Source: Vicinamibacterales bacterium (lineage in GTDB: Bacteria; Acidobacteriota; Vicinamibacteria; Vicinamibacterales; UBA2999). Taken from it: DNA of 64,000 nt. The position numbers were made by a program, and so were the translations under genes. The stretch lies in the NCBI GenBank assembly GCA_041394685.1, contig JAWKHU010000038.1, positions 130,087-194,086 of the forward strand. Direction: 5' to 3'. This document shows, piece by piece, positions 48,890 to 56,786 of the stretch (its first letter is position 1; each line of letters begins with the position of its first letter). The notes beneath the pieces are model-generated. The model was not told the origin of the DNA. It worked only from the letters and a program-made list of their open reading frames with translations, and did not search any database.

Positions 48890-49828
48890 TTACCGCATCT
48901 TTGCCAGCGCGGCGAGGATCGCGCGGGCGGCCGCGGCGCCCGCTGCCGTCGGCGACGCGTCCATCGACAGCGCCGCGTGGAGGCTGCGCATCACCTGGCG
49001 CGCGTTCTCGACGCGGACGAACTGCGCCGGCTGCACCATGGGCCCGCGAGCCCACAGCTCTTCGTAGTCGCCGAGCCAGCGGGCGAGCCACGCGTCAAGG
49101 GCGGGCGGATCGACTTCCCCCCGGCGCACCGTGGCGTGCAGCGCGAGCGCCATGCGGTCGTTCTCGCCCCACGTGAACACGGCATCCGCCTGGTGGATCT
49201 TGCCCGAGACGGCATCGAGCAGGCGAACGCCGCTGCCGGCTGCCAGCTTCGGGCTGCGTGCGAGGAACTTGAGCAGATCCGCGGTGTGGGCGACGCTGTG
49301 CATCCACCCGTGCTCCGCGTCGAATCCTCGCAGGTCGCGCTCGCGGGCGAAGTAGTCGAGCGCACGGTCAAGGAGGGCCTGCACCTCGCGCGGGTCGAAC
49401 ACCGGCCGCGTCAGGTCGGCGGCCGCCGCCACCGACAGGCACAGGGCCGAGAAGCTGCGGAGATAGATCGTGTCCGTGCCGGCCTCGCCGAGACCGACGT
49501 CGAGGTTGCGGCTCCACATCGCGACGACCTGCCGGACCTCGTCCGGGGAGAGCCGGCGATCGCGCAGCAGCCAGCGCTCGGCGGCGCCGTAGGCCACGTC
49601 GTCGCGGAGGACCGGGTCGGGGGAGCCGAGCAGCGCGTTCATCTCCGTGAGGAGTTCGACGGCCGTGCTCCCGGCCGGCACCTCGAACCCACCGCCGGCG
49701 AGCGCGACCCAGAACGCCCGATCGTGGGCGGCCGCCGGCTGCGCGCCGGCGCGTCCGGCAAGTCCCAGGATGGCCCCGAGCAGGAGCACTGCTGCGCGCA
49801 CGACCACACGATGCCTCGAGGACCCCAT
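48890..49828 (-). CDS. DUF2785-like secreted protein
   Basis: The start is MGSSRHRVVVRAAVLLLGAILGLAGRAGA. The body is helical repeat, with LGSPDPVLRDDVAYGAAERWL and GWMHSVAHTADLLKFLA. The 722-aa ORF-track extension is spurious. Confidence 0.6.
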   Translation of the reverse strand: MGSSRHRVVVRAAVLLLGAILGLAGRAGAQPAAAHDRAFWVALAGGGFEVPAGSTAVELLTEMNALLGSPDPVLRDDVAYGAAERWLLRDRRLSPDEVRQVVAMWSRNLDVGLGEAGTDTIYLRSFSALCLSVAAAADLTRPVFDPREVQALLDRALDYFARERDLRGFDAEHGWMHSVAHTADLLKFLARSPKLAAGSGVRLLDAVSGKIHQADAVFTWGENDRMALALHATVRRGEVDPPALDAWLARWLGDYEELWARGPMVQPAQFVRVENARQVMRSLHAALSMDASPTAAGAAAARAILAALAKMR

Positions 49829-49867
49829 GGACCGACGGCGATGATAGCGCGTCGGGGCGGGGCTATC

Positions 49868-50833
49868 ATGCCGCCCATGCGCGTGCTCCGACTCAGCCTG
49901 CTCATCGCCCTCGTGGCCGCCATCCCGGGCCTGGCGGCCCAGCCGTCCGGCACCCTGACGATCACGCTGCTCGGCACGGGAAACCCGAGGCCCAACCTCG
50001 ATCGCTTCGGCCCCTCCATCCTGGTCGAGGCCGGGGACGTGCGCCTGCTGTTCGATGCGGGGCGAGGCAGCGCCCAGCGCCTCTTCGAGATCGGGGCGCG
50101 CGACTCGCTCGTGGGCGTTGACGCGGTGTTCTTCACTCACCTGCACTCCGATCACGTGGTGGGCCTGCCCGATCTGTGGCTCACCAGCTGGGTCTTCGGG
50201 CGGAGCCGGGCACTCGAGGTCGCCGGTCCGCCGGGCACGGCGGAGATGGCCGGACACCTCGAACAGGCCTACGCGTGGGACATCGACATGCGGTCGAAGG
50301 ACGAAGGGTTTCCGCGCGAGGGCGTGCGGCTCGCTGCCCGCAACGTCCAGCCAGGCGCCGTGTTCGAGAAGTCGGGCGTGAGGGTGACGGCGTTCGCCGT
50401 CGATCACGGCGGCGTCACGACACCCGCCTATGGCTACCGCGTGGACTATCGGGGACGCTCGGCCGTCTTCAGCGGCGACACGCGCTCCTTCGAGCCCATC
50501 GTGGAGCACGCCAGGGGCGTGGACGTGCTCGTGCACGAAGTGATCAGTCCGGAGGTGGAGATGCGCCGCGCGCAGGTGCCGGACCCGAAGGCGCTCGAGC
50601 GCATCCTCGCCCACCACACCTCTCCCGAGCAGGTGGGTGCCCTCCTGAGCCGCATCCGGCCGCGGCTGGCCGTGTACTCGCACATCGTGCCGTCTCCGGC
50701 GACGGCCGAGGATCTGGTGGCCCCGACACGCCGGACCTACGACGGTCCCCTGGCAGTGGGCTACGACCTCATGACGATCGTGATCGGCGACACAATCGAC
50801 GTGTATCCGCGGCGCACGCTGAGCGACAAGTAG
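49868..50833 (+). CDS. MBL-fold metallo-hydrolase (RNase Z/BN-like), secreted
   Basis: A signal peptide is followed by LLGTGNPRPN, the zinc motif FFTHLHSDHVVGL, and the later HEV and H residues. Confidence 0.8.
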   Translation: MPPMRVLRLSLLIALVAAIPGLAAQPSGTLTITLLGTGNPRPNLDRFGPSILVEAGDVRLLFDAGRGSAQRLFEIGARDSLVGVDAVFFTHLHSDHVVGLPDLWLTSWVFGRSRALEVAGPPGTAEMAGHLEQAYAWDIDMRSKDEGFPREGVRLAARNVQPGAVFEKSGVRVTAFAVDHGGVTTPAYGYRVDYRGRSAVFSGDTRSFEPIVEHARGVDVLVHEVISPEVEMRRAQVPDPKALERILAHHTSPEQVGALLSRIRPRLAVYSHIVPSPATAEDLVAPTRRTYDGPLAVGYDLMTIVIGDTIDVYPRRTLSDK

Positions 50834-50855
50834 GGCGCCCGCATAGAATGCGGCC

Positions 50856-51338
50856 ATGGCCGCATCCGCCGATTCGATCCGCGAGCACCTGGTCCGCGCG
50901 CTGGAATGGAAGGAAGCGCACGCGAGCTTCGAGCAGGCGGTCGAGGGACTGCCCGCCGACCGCCGTGGCGCACGCGCGCCGGGGTTCGAGCACTCGCCGT
51001 GGCAACTCGTCGAGCACCTGCGCATCGCGCAGGACGATCTCCTGGATTTCTGCGTCAACCCGCACTACACCCACGACCGGCAGTGGCCCGACGACTACTG
51101 GCCCCGCCATCCCGAGCCACCCAGCGAGGTCGCGTGGACCGACAGCCTTGCCGCATTCGCGGCCGCGCGCGAGCGGCTCGTCGGCGTGGTGCGCACGGCC
51201 CCGGACCTCTCGGCGCTGGTGCCGACCGGCAGCGGTCAGCAGACCATCCTGCGCGCGGTGCTCCTCGTGCTCGATCACAACGCCTACCACGTCGGCCAGA
51301 TCGTGGCGGTGCGTCGGGCGTTGGGCCTCTGGGGCTGA
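50856..51338 (+). CDS. DinB-family protein
   Basis: 160 aa. It has the four-helix DinB pattern with conserved His residues (SPWQLVEHLRIAQDD, LDHNAYHVGQIVAVRR). Confidence 0.75.
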   Translation: MAASADSIREHLVRALEWKEAHASFEQAVEGLPADRRGARAPGFEHSPWQLVEHLRIAQDDLLDFCVNPHYTHDRQWPDDYWPRHPEPPSEVAWTDSLAAFAAARERLVGVVRTAPDLSALVPTGSGQQTILRAVLLVLDHNAYHVGQIVAVRRALGLWG

Positions 51339-51377
51339 CGGGCGCCACGAGCGGCGCGGGAGAAGGACGCCGCCGGC

Positions 51378-51608
51378 CTAGAGGAAGCCGAGCAGGCTGG
51401 CCAGGGCGCGCCCCACGGCCTTCACCAGCGCTTCGGCCACCGGCATGAGGCTGTTCTCGGCGGCCACGTCAGCCGCCACACCGGGATCCGTCACGAGCAG
51501 CCAGGTGCCTGCCGCCGCGACGGGAGCCAGGCACGCCGCGATCAGGCCGACGGTCGTGAGCGCGGCCAGGGTGCGGGAGCGGCGGAGAGGCTGGGTGGGA
51601 CGATCCAT
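51378..51608 (-). CDS. Small membrane protein (weak call)
   Basis: MDRPTQPLRRSRTLAALTTVGLIAACLAPVAAAGTWLLV... contains one TM. No homology recognised. Confidence 0.35.
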   Translation of the reverse strand: MDRPTQPLRRSRTLAALTTVGLIAACLAPVAAAGTWLLVTDPGVAADVAAENSLMPVAEALVKAVGRALASLLGFL

Positions 51609-51881
51609 CGGTAGCGGTCCTACCAGCTTAGAGCGAGCATCGTGCCAAATGGTTGGGAGCGGCCCAACGCGCTCTGCCACAACGGCTTAGCGGATTTCTG
51701 GTCAGTCGCAGGCGCACGGCCAATGTCCGTTTCCGGGACTGTGCCGTCTGGCCCGGGGCAGGTCCCGCCGGCCGGGTGGACATCCAGAAAGCCCCCGCCC
51801 GCGATGTCGAGAAGCGCCCGGCGGCTCCGACTCCACCACACACACCCCGAGCGGACAGCTCGGGCATTCCAGGAGACCCCG

Positions 51882-52286
51882 ATGAAGTACATGCTGATGA
51901 TGCACGTCCCCGGCCAGGGCCCCTACGCCATCATGTCGTGGCCGAAGGAAGACATCCAGGCGCACATCGCGTTCATGATCGATCTCAACCGGCGTCTGAG
52001 TGCCAGCGGCGAGCTGGTCGGCGCCGAAGGCCTGGCCTTCCCCGATCAGGCACGCATCGTCAGGGCCGGGGACGGCGGCGAGCCGGTGACCGACGGCGTG
52101 TTTCCCGAGACCAAGGAGTTCCTGGTGGGCTACTGGATCGTGGACGTCGAGTCGCCGGAGCGTGCGTACGCGATTGCGGCCGAGGCCTCGTCGGCACCCG
52201 GCCAGGGCGGCGCGCCCCTGCGCATGCCGATCGAGGTGCGGCAGGTGATGGCCGGGCCGCCGTCGGACGAGACGCCGGGCGCATGA
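51882..52286 (+). CDS. YCII-related / DGPF-domain protein
   Basis: MKYMLMMH..., with the DGPF-like motif DGVFPETKEFLVGYWIVDV. ATGA overlap with the sigma factor gene. Confidence 0.8.
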   Translation: MKYMLMMHVPGQGPYAIMSWPKEDIQAHIAFMIDLNRRLSASGELVGAEGLAFPDQARIVRAGDGGEPVTDGVFPETKEFLVGYWIVDVESPERAYAIAAEASSAPGQGGAPLRMPIEVRQVMAGPPSDETPGA

Positions 52287-53545
52287 CCCCGCGGCTGGAC
52301 GAGGACGGCCAGCGCCTGCTGCGCGAGCTGGCGCCACGGGTGCTCGCCATCCTCGTCCGGCGGTATCGCGACTTTTCGGGCTGCGAGGATGCGGCGCAGG
52401 AAGCCCTGATCGCCGCCGCCCGGCAGTGGCCGTCGGAAGGCAGGCCCGACCATCCGCTGGCCTGGCTCGTACGCGTGGCCACCCGGCGCCTCACCGACCA
52501 GATCCGCGCGGACGCGGCGCGGCGGCATCGCGAACACCTCGTCGTCAGCCTGGTACCGGCCGAATCGCAGATTGCGCTGGCCGCCGACGCGGGGGGCCGC
52601 GACGAGCGGGACGAGACGCTGGACCTGTACTTCATGTGCTGCCACCCGGCGCTGACGCCGGCGTCTCAAGTGGCGCTGACGCTGCGTGCCGTGGGCGGGC
52701 TCACGACGGCCGAGATCGCGCGGGCGTTCTACGTGCCCGAGTCCACGATGGCGCAGCGCTTGAGCCGGGCGAAGCAGGCCATCCGTGCGGCCGGCCGCGC
52801 CTTCGAGCCGCTCGAGTCGGCGGGCCGCGATGCCCGATTGCCGCGCGTGCTCCAGATCCTCTACCTGATCTTCAGCGAGGGATACGCTTCCAGCTCGGGC
52901 TCGACGGTCTATCGCGTGGACCTGTCGGCGGAAGCCATCCGGGTGGTGCGGCTCCTGCTGACCCTCGTACCGGACCATGCGGAGGTGGAAGGCCTGCTGG
53001 CGCTGATGCTGCTGACCGATGCCAGGCGCGCGGCCCGGATCGGCGCGCTCGGCGAGCTCGTGCCTCTCGACGCCCAGGACCGATCGCAGTGGCATGGCCT
53101 CGCCATCGCCGAAGGCACGGCGCTGCTCTGCGCGGCGTTCGGGCGAGGGGCCCCGGGCCCGTATCAGGTGCAGGCCGCCATCGCCGCCCTGCACGACGAG
53201 GCGCCGTCGTTCGACGCCACGGACTGGCCGCAGATCGTCGCGCTCTACGACGTGCTGATCGGCATGCAGGACTCGCCCGGCGCGCGCCTCAGCCGCGCCA
53301 TTGCCTTCGCCATGGTGCACGGTCCGCGCGCAGGACTCGCCGCGCTGGAGGACCTGGAAGCGGATCCCCGCCTGCACGGGTCCGCTCGCGTGGAGGGCGC
53401 GCGAGCCCACCTGCTGGAGCGCGCCGGAGAGACCGCCGCGGCCGTGGACGCCTATCGCCGGGCCGCCCGAGGCACGACGAGCACCGCGGAACGCGACTAC
53501 CTCCTGCTCCACGCGGCGGAGCTCGCCGGCCGGCTCGGCCGCTGA
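52283..53545 (+). CDS. ECF sigma factor with C-terminal TPR-like extension (ECF42-type)
   Basis: Sigma2 region is EDAAQEALIAAARQWP. Sigma4 region is LTTAEIARAFYVPESTMAQRLSRAK. A ~200-aa helical-repeat C-terminal extension follows. No anti-sigma gene is adjacent. Confidence 0.8.
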   Translation: MTPRLDEDGQRLLRELAPRVLAILVRRYRDFSGCEDAAQEALIAAARQWPSEGRPDHPLAWLVRVATRRLTDQIRADAARRHREHLVVSLVPAESQIALAADAGGRDERDETLDLYFMCCHPALTPASQVALTLRAVGGLTTAEIARAFYVPESTMAQRLSRAKQAIRAAGRAFEPLESAGRDARLPRVLQILYLIFSEGYASSSGSTVYRVDLSAEAIRVVRLLLTLVPDHAEVEGLLALMLLTDARRAARIGALGELVPLDAQDRSQWHGLAIAEGTALLCAAFGRGAPGPYQVQAAIAALHDEAPSFDATDWPQIVALYDVLIGMQDSPGARLSRAIAFAMVHGPRAGLAALEDLEADPRLHGSARVEGARAHLLERAGETAAAVDAYRRAARGTTSTAERDYLLLHAAELAGRLGR

Positions 53546-53637
53546 TGGCGCTGGACAGCCACGCGCTTCTCGCCAGAGACTAGTCGGTGCGCGCCACTCA
53601 CGGTGCCGCACCAATGGCCCTCTCAGCGGAGACACCC

Positions 53638-54516
53638 ATGGCCGACGACACCCGCCCGTCAGAATCCCCGGACTACTCCCGTCGCGACTTCGTCGGCATG
53701 TCGGTCGCCGCGGGCCTGGCCGCCGCCACCGGTAATCTCCACGCGCAATCCGGCGTCGTCGAGACCATGGTGGACGTGAAGACGGCCGATGGTACCTGCG
53801 ATGCCGCGTTCATCCACCCTGCGAGCGGCGCCCACCCGGCCGTGATCATCTGGCCCGACGCGTTCGGGCTGCGCGCGTCGATGCGCGACATGGGCAAGCG
53901 CCTGGCTGCGGCGGGCTACACGGTGCTCGTACCCAACCCGTACTACCGCGCGACCAAGGCGCCTGGCATCCAGATGGAAGGCTTCAGCTTCCAGAACCAG
54001 GACAACATGGCGGCGCTGCGGAAGCTGATGGGCGGCATCGGCGCGTCCGGGGCCGCGGAGAAGGACGCGGCGGCCTTCGTGGCGTTCCTCGACGCGCAGC
54101 CGCAGGTGGACAAGGCCAGGAAGATCGGGACCCAGGGCTACTGCATGGGCGGTCCGCTGGTGTTCCGGACCATGGCGGCCGTACCCGGTCGGCTCGGCGC
54201 GGGCGGGTCGTTCCACGGCGGTGGGCTGGTGACGCAGGCGCCCGACAGCCCGCACACCCTCATCCCGAAGATGAAGGGCCGGCTCTACGTCGCGGTGGCC
54301 TCCAACGACGATGCACGGCAGCCGGACGCGAAGGATACGCTGAAGGCGGCGTTTGCGGCGGCGAAGGTGCCGGCGGAGGTGGAGGTGTACCAGAGCCTGC
54401 ACGGCTGGTGCGTGCCCGACATGCCGGCCGAGGCCGGCAAGCCCATCTACAACGAGCCCGAGGCCGAGAAGGCCTGGGCCAAGCTCCTGGCGCTCTACAA
54501 GAGCGCCCTGGTGTAA
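53638..54516 (+). CDS. Dienelactone hydrolase family protein, Tat-exported
   Basis: Tat motif is SRRDFVGMSVAAGLAAA. Family motifs are IIWPDAFG, the nucleophile GYCMGG, and HGW near the C-terminus. Confidence 0.8.
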   Translation: MADDTRPSESPDYSRRDFVGMSVAAGLAAATGNLHAQSGVVETMVDVKTADGTCDAAFIHPASGAHPAVIIWPDAFGLRASMRDMGKRLAAAGYTVLVPNPYYRATKAPGIQMEGFSFQNQDNMAALRKLMGGIGASGAAEKDAAAFVAFLDAQPQVDKARKIGTQGYCMGGPLVFRTMAAVPGRLGAGGSFHGGGLVTQAPDSPHTLIPKMKGRLYVAVASNDDARQPDAKDTLKAAFAAAKVPAEVEVYQSLHGWCVPDMPAEAGKPIYNEPEAEKAWAKLLALYKSALV

Positions 54517-54564
54517 GACCGAACGAGTACGCGCCACGGCGCATTCATCAACGGAGTCCCTGCT

Positions 54565-55101
54565 ATGAAGAGTGTTCTGATGCGGTCCTGCGGTGCGGTG
54601 GTTGGCGCCGCGGTGCTGGTGTGGTCGATGTCGGGTGCGGCCAGTGCGCAGATGGGGGGCGGCAAGGCCGAACTCAAGGATGCGAAGGGGGCAACGGTCG
54701 GCACGGCCACCCTCACCGACACGCCCAACGGCGTGCTCATCCACCTGATGTTGACGAGCGGGCCGGCCGGCACGCACGCCTTCCACGTCCACGCCGTCGG
54801 CAAGTGCGAGGCCCCGGGCTTCACCTCCGCGGGCGGCCACTTCAACCCGGCGGGCGTCCCCCACGGGATCGAGGTGAAGGGCGGCGGCCACGCGGGTGAC
54901 CTGCCCAACATCCACGTCCCCGCCGACGGGAAGCTCGACGTCGAGATCCTGGCGCGCGGCACGACCCTGTCGGGCGGCAGCAACGCCATCATGGATGCCG
55001 ATGGCGGCGCGCTGGTGATTCATGCCACCGGCGACGACTACAAGACCGACCCCTCCGGCGCGGCCGGCGATCGCCTCGCCTGCGGCGTCGTCATGAAGTA
55101 G
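54565..55101 (+). CDS. sodC: Periplasmic Cu/Zn superoxide dismutase
   Basis: A signal peptide is followed by HAFHVHAVGKC, GGHFNP, HAGDLPN and DPSGAAGDRLACGVV. Confidence 0.9.
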   Translation: MKSVLMRSCGAVVGAAVLVWSMSGAASAQMGGGKAELKDAKGATVGTATLTDTPNGVLIHLMLTSGPAGTHAFHVHAVGKCEAPGFTSAGGHFNPAGVPHGIEVKGGGHAGDLPNIHVPADGKLDVEILARGTTLSGGSNAIMDADGGALVIHATGDDYKTDPSGAAGDRLACGVVMK

Positions 55102-55122
55102 CGCGCGGTCGAACCACGGCGA

Positions 55123-55144
55123 GCCGGGACGTCCTTGTCCCGGC
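55123..55144 (+). terminator. GC hairpin after sodC (no U-tract; weak terminator candidate)
   Basis: GCCGGGAC-gtcctt-GTCCCGGC, 22 nt downstream of the sodC stop. Confidence 0.3.
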
Positions 55145-55223
55145 CGCCAACTCCCTACCCAGAGCAAAGCCGGCTCGGAACCCGTATTCGACACGGGACT
55201 TGACGTCAGGGAACTGCAGGCTG

Positions 55224-55261
55224 TATTGTCGCGTATAGCTAATTAGCCGGTCGCGACAATA
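55224..55261 (+). promoter_or_regulatory. Nested palindromes abutting the ArsR-family gene start: candidate autoregulatory operator
   Basis: TATTGTCGCG (55224..55233) and CGCGACAATA (55252..55261) form a perfect 10-bp inverted repeat. They flank an inner palindrome GCTAATTAGC. The region is an AT-rich island ending 1 nt before the ATG at 55263. Confidence 0.6.
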
Positions 55262-55262
55262 C

Positions 55263-55610
55263 ATGACAGACCAACTGAGCCTGACCTTCGCCGCGCTTGC
55301 CGATCCCACCCGGCGCGGCATCCTCGCCCGCCTGGCGGACGGCGACGCCACCGTGAACGAGCTCGCCGAGCCCTTCGACCTCACGCTCCCCACCGTGTCC
55401 AAGCACCTCAAGGTGCTGCAACGGGCCGGACTGGTGACGCAGACGCGCAAGGCCCAGTGGCGGCCCTGCCACCTGGAGCCGGCCCCGCTCAAGGACGTGG
55501 CCGACTGGGTGGACCGCTACCGCCGCATGTGGGACAGCCGCTTCGAACAGCTCGACGCCTTCCTCGTCGAGCTCGCACGAAAGGAGACCAACGATGAACG
55601 CCAGCGCTAG
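55263..55610 (+). CDS. ArsR/SmtB-family transcriptional regulator
   Basis: FAALADPTRRGILARLADGDATVNELAEPFDLTLPTVSKHLKVLQRAGLV is a winged helix-turn-helix. Confidence 0.85.
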   Translation: MTDQLSLTFAALADPTRRGILARLADGDATVNELAEPFDLTLPTVSKHLKVLQRAGLVTQTRKAQWRPCHLEPAPLKDVADWVDRYRRMWDSRFEQLDAFLVELARKETNDERQR

Positions 55611-56115
55611 TCAGCAGAGCGATACGCGCCACGTGGGCGCGATGTCCATCAGGGTGCGGTCCGACCTCGAGATCGAGATGCGCCGCACGTTTGCCTTCCC
55701 CCGCCGCCTCGTCTTCGAGGCGCACAGCAAGCCGGAGTACATCAGTCGCTGGTGGGGACCGCGCGGCAGCGAACTCATCAGCTGCGACATGGACTTTCGC
55801 CCGGGCGGCGCGTGGCGCTTCGTGGTCGGGAAGCCCGGCGGGCAGCAGTACGCGTTCCGCGGCGAGTACAAGGAAGTCGTCCCGCCCGAGCGCCTCGTCT
55901 ACACCTTCGAGTTCGAGGGCATGCCCGGATCGATCACCGTGGACGCGATCACCTTCACCGAGCACGAGGGGCACACCACGCTCACCTGCGTCAGCCGGAT
56001 GGACTCGATCGAAGCCCGCGACGCCATGCTGGCCTCCGGCATGGAGAAAGGCGCGGCCGAAACCTACGACCGGCTGGAGGAAATGCTCGGGGGGATCTCG
56101 GGGAATTCAGAATGA
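55594..56115 (+). CDS. SRPBCC / Aha1-domain protein
   Basis: It overlaps the arsR-like gene by 17 nt. Sequence pieces are FAFPRRLVFEAHSKPEYISRWWGP, GGAWRFV and YKEVVPPERLVYTFEFEG. Confidence 0.8.
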   Translation: MNASASQQSDTRHVGAMSIRVRSDLEIEMRRTFAFPRRLVFEAHSKPEYISRWWGPRGSELISCDMDFRPGGAWRFVVGKPGGQQYAFRGEYKEVVPPERLVYTFEFEGMPGSITVDAITFTEHEGHTTLTCVSRMDSIEARDAMLASGMEKGAAETYDRLEEMLGGISGNSE

Positions 56116-56216
56116 AGAAGTCAGAATTCAGAAGGGCCGTTGGCCGACCTCGGCTTTGTGCCTTTTGCCTTCTGCCTTCTTGATTTCGGCATTCTGCATT
56201 CTGAATTCTGAATTCC
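56103..56216. repeat. Inverted-arm tandem 7-mer element (GAATTCA/GAAGTCA family)
   Basis: The left arm is GAATTCA GAATGAA GAAGTCA GAATTCA GAAGG (56103..56135) and contains the SRPBCC stop codon. After a ~25-nt core comes the right arm CCTTTTG CCTTCTG CCTTCTT GATTTCG GCATTCT GCATTCT GAATTCT GAATTCC (56161..56216). The outer ends GGGAATTC...GAATTCCC are complementary. Confidence 0.9.
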
Positions 56217-56233
56217 CAGCAGGAGCACACGCG

Positions 56234-56734
56234 ATGCAGATGACCGAATTCTTCCTGACCACGTTCGACCGCGAAGTCGAGCGCAGCCGGCATGCACTTC
56301 AACAATTTCCCTCGGGCAAGCGCGACTGGAAGCCGCACGACAAGTCCATGCCGTTCGGCTACCTCTCGGACATCGTGGCCACGATCCCGTCGTGGTTCGC
56401 GATGATGATCACCCGGGACGAGCTCGACATCGCGCCGAAGGACGGCCAGTCCTCCGGCCGCCGCCGAGCCAGACCGCGGATGAGTTCGTGGCCGCGCTGG
56501 ACACGGCGGCCGCGGAGGCGCGGGCCGCGATCCGGCACGACCGACGCCCACCGGCCACCACGTGGCGGCTGCTGGCGGGCGACGTCGCGGCCGAGCAGCC
56601 CCGCTACGAGATGATCCAGACACCTTCGGCCACTGGGCACATCATCGCGGTCAGATGACGGTTACCTGCGGCTGCTCGGGGCCACGGTGCCCGCCATCTA
56701 CGGTCCCTCGGCCGACGACCGCCGCTTCGCCTGA
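56234..56734 (+). pseudogene. DinB-family protein, about 3 frame breaks as sequenced
   Basis: The sequence is MQMTEFFLTTFDREVERSRHALQQFPSGKRDWKPH...IPSWFAMMITRDELD, then in other frames ADEFVAALDTAAAEARAAI, and DTFGHWAHHRGQMTV...PAIYGPSADDRRFA-TGA (56732..56734). Confidence 0.55.
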
Positions 56735-56786
56735 TCTTCCGCCCGGTGCGCCTCGGCTACACTCTCCCCCAACAGCCGGAGGCCCG

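Noticed and set aside
7242-56216. The possibility that the tandem arrays are CRISPR arrays.
   Set aside because: The units are only 7-9 bp and directly contiguous, with no unique spacers, and no cas genes are present.
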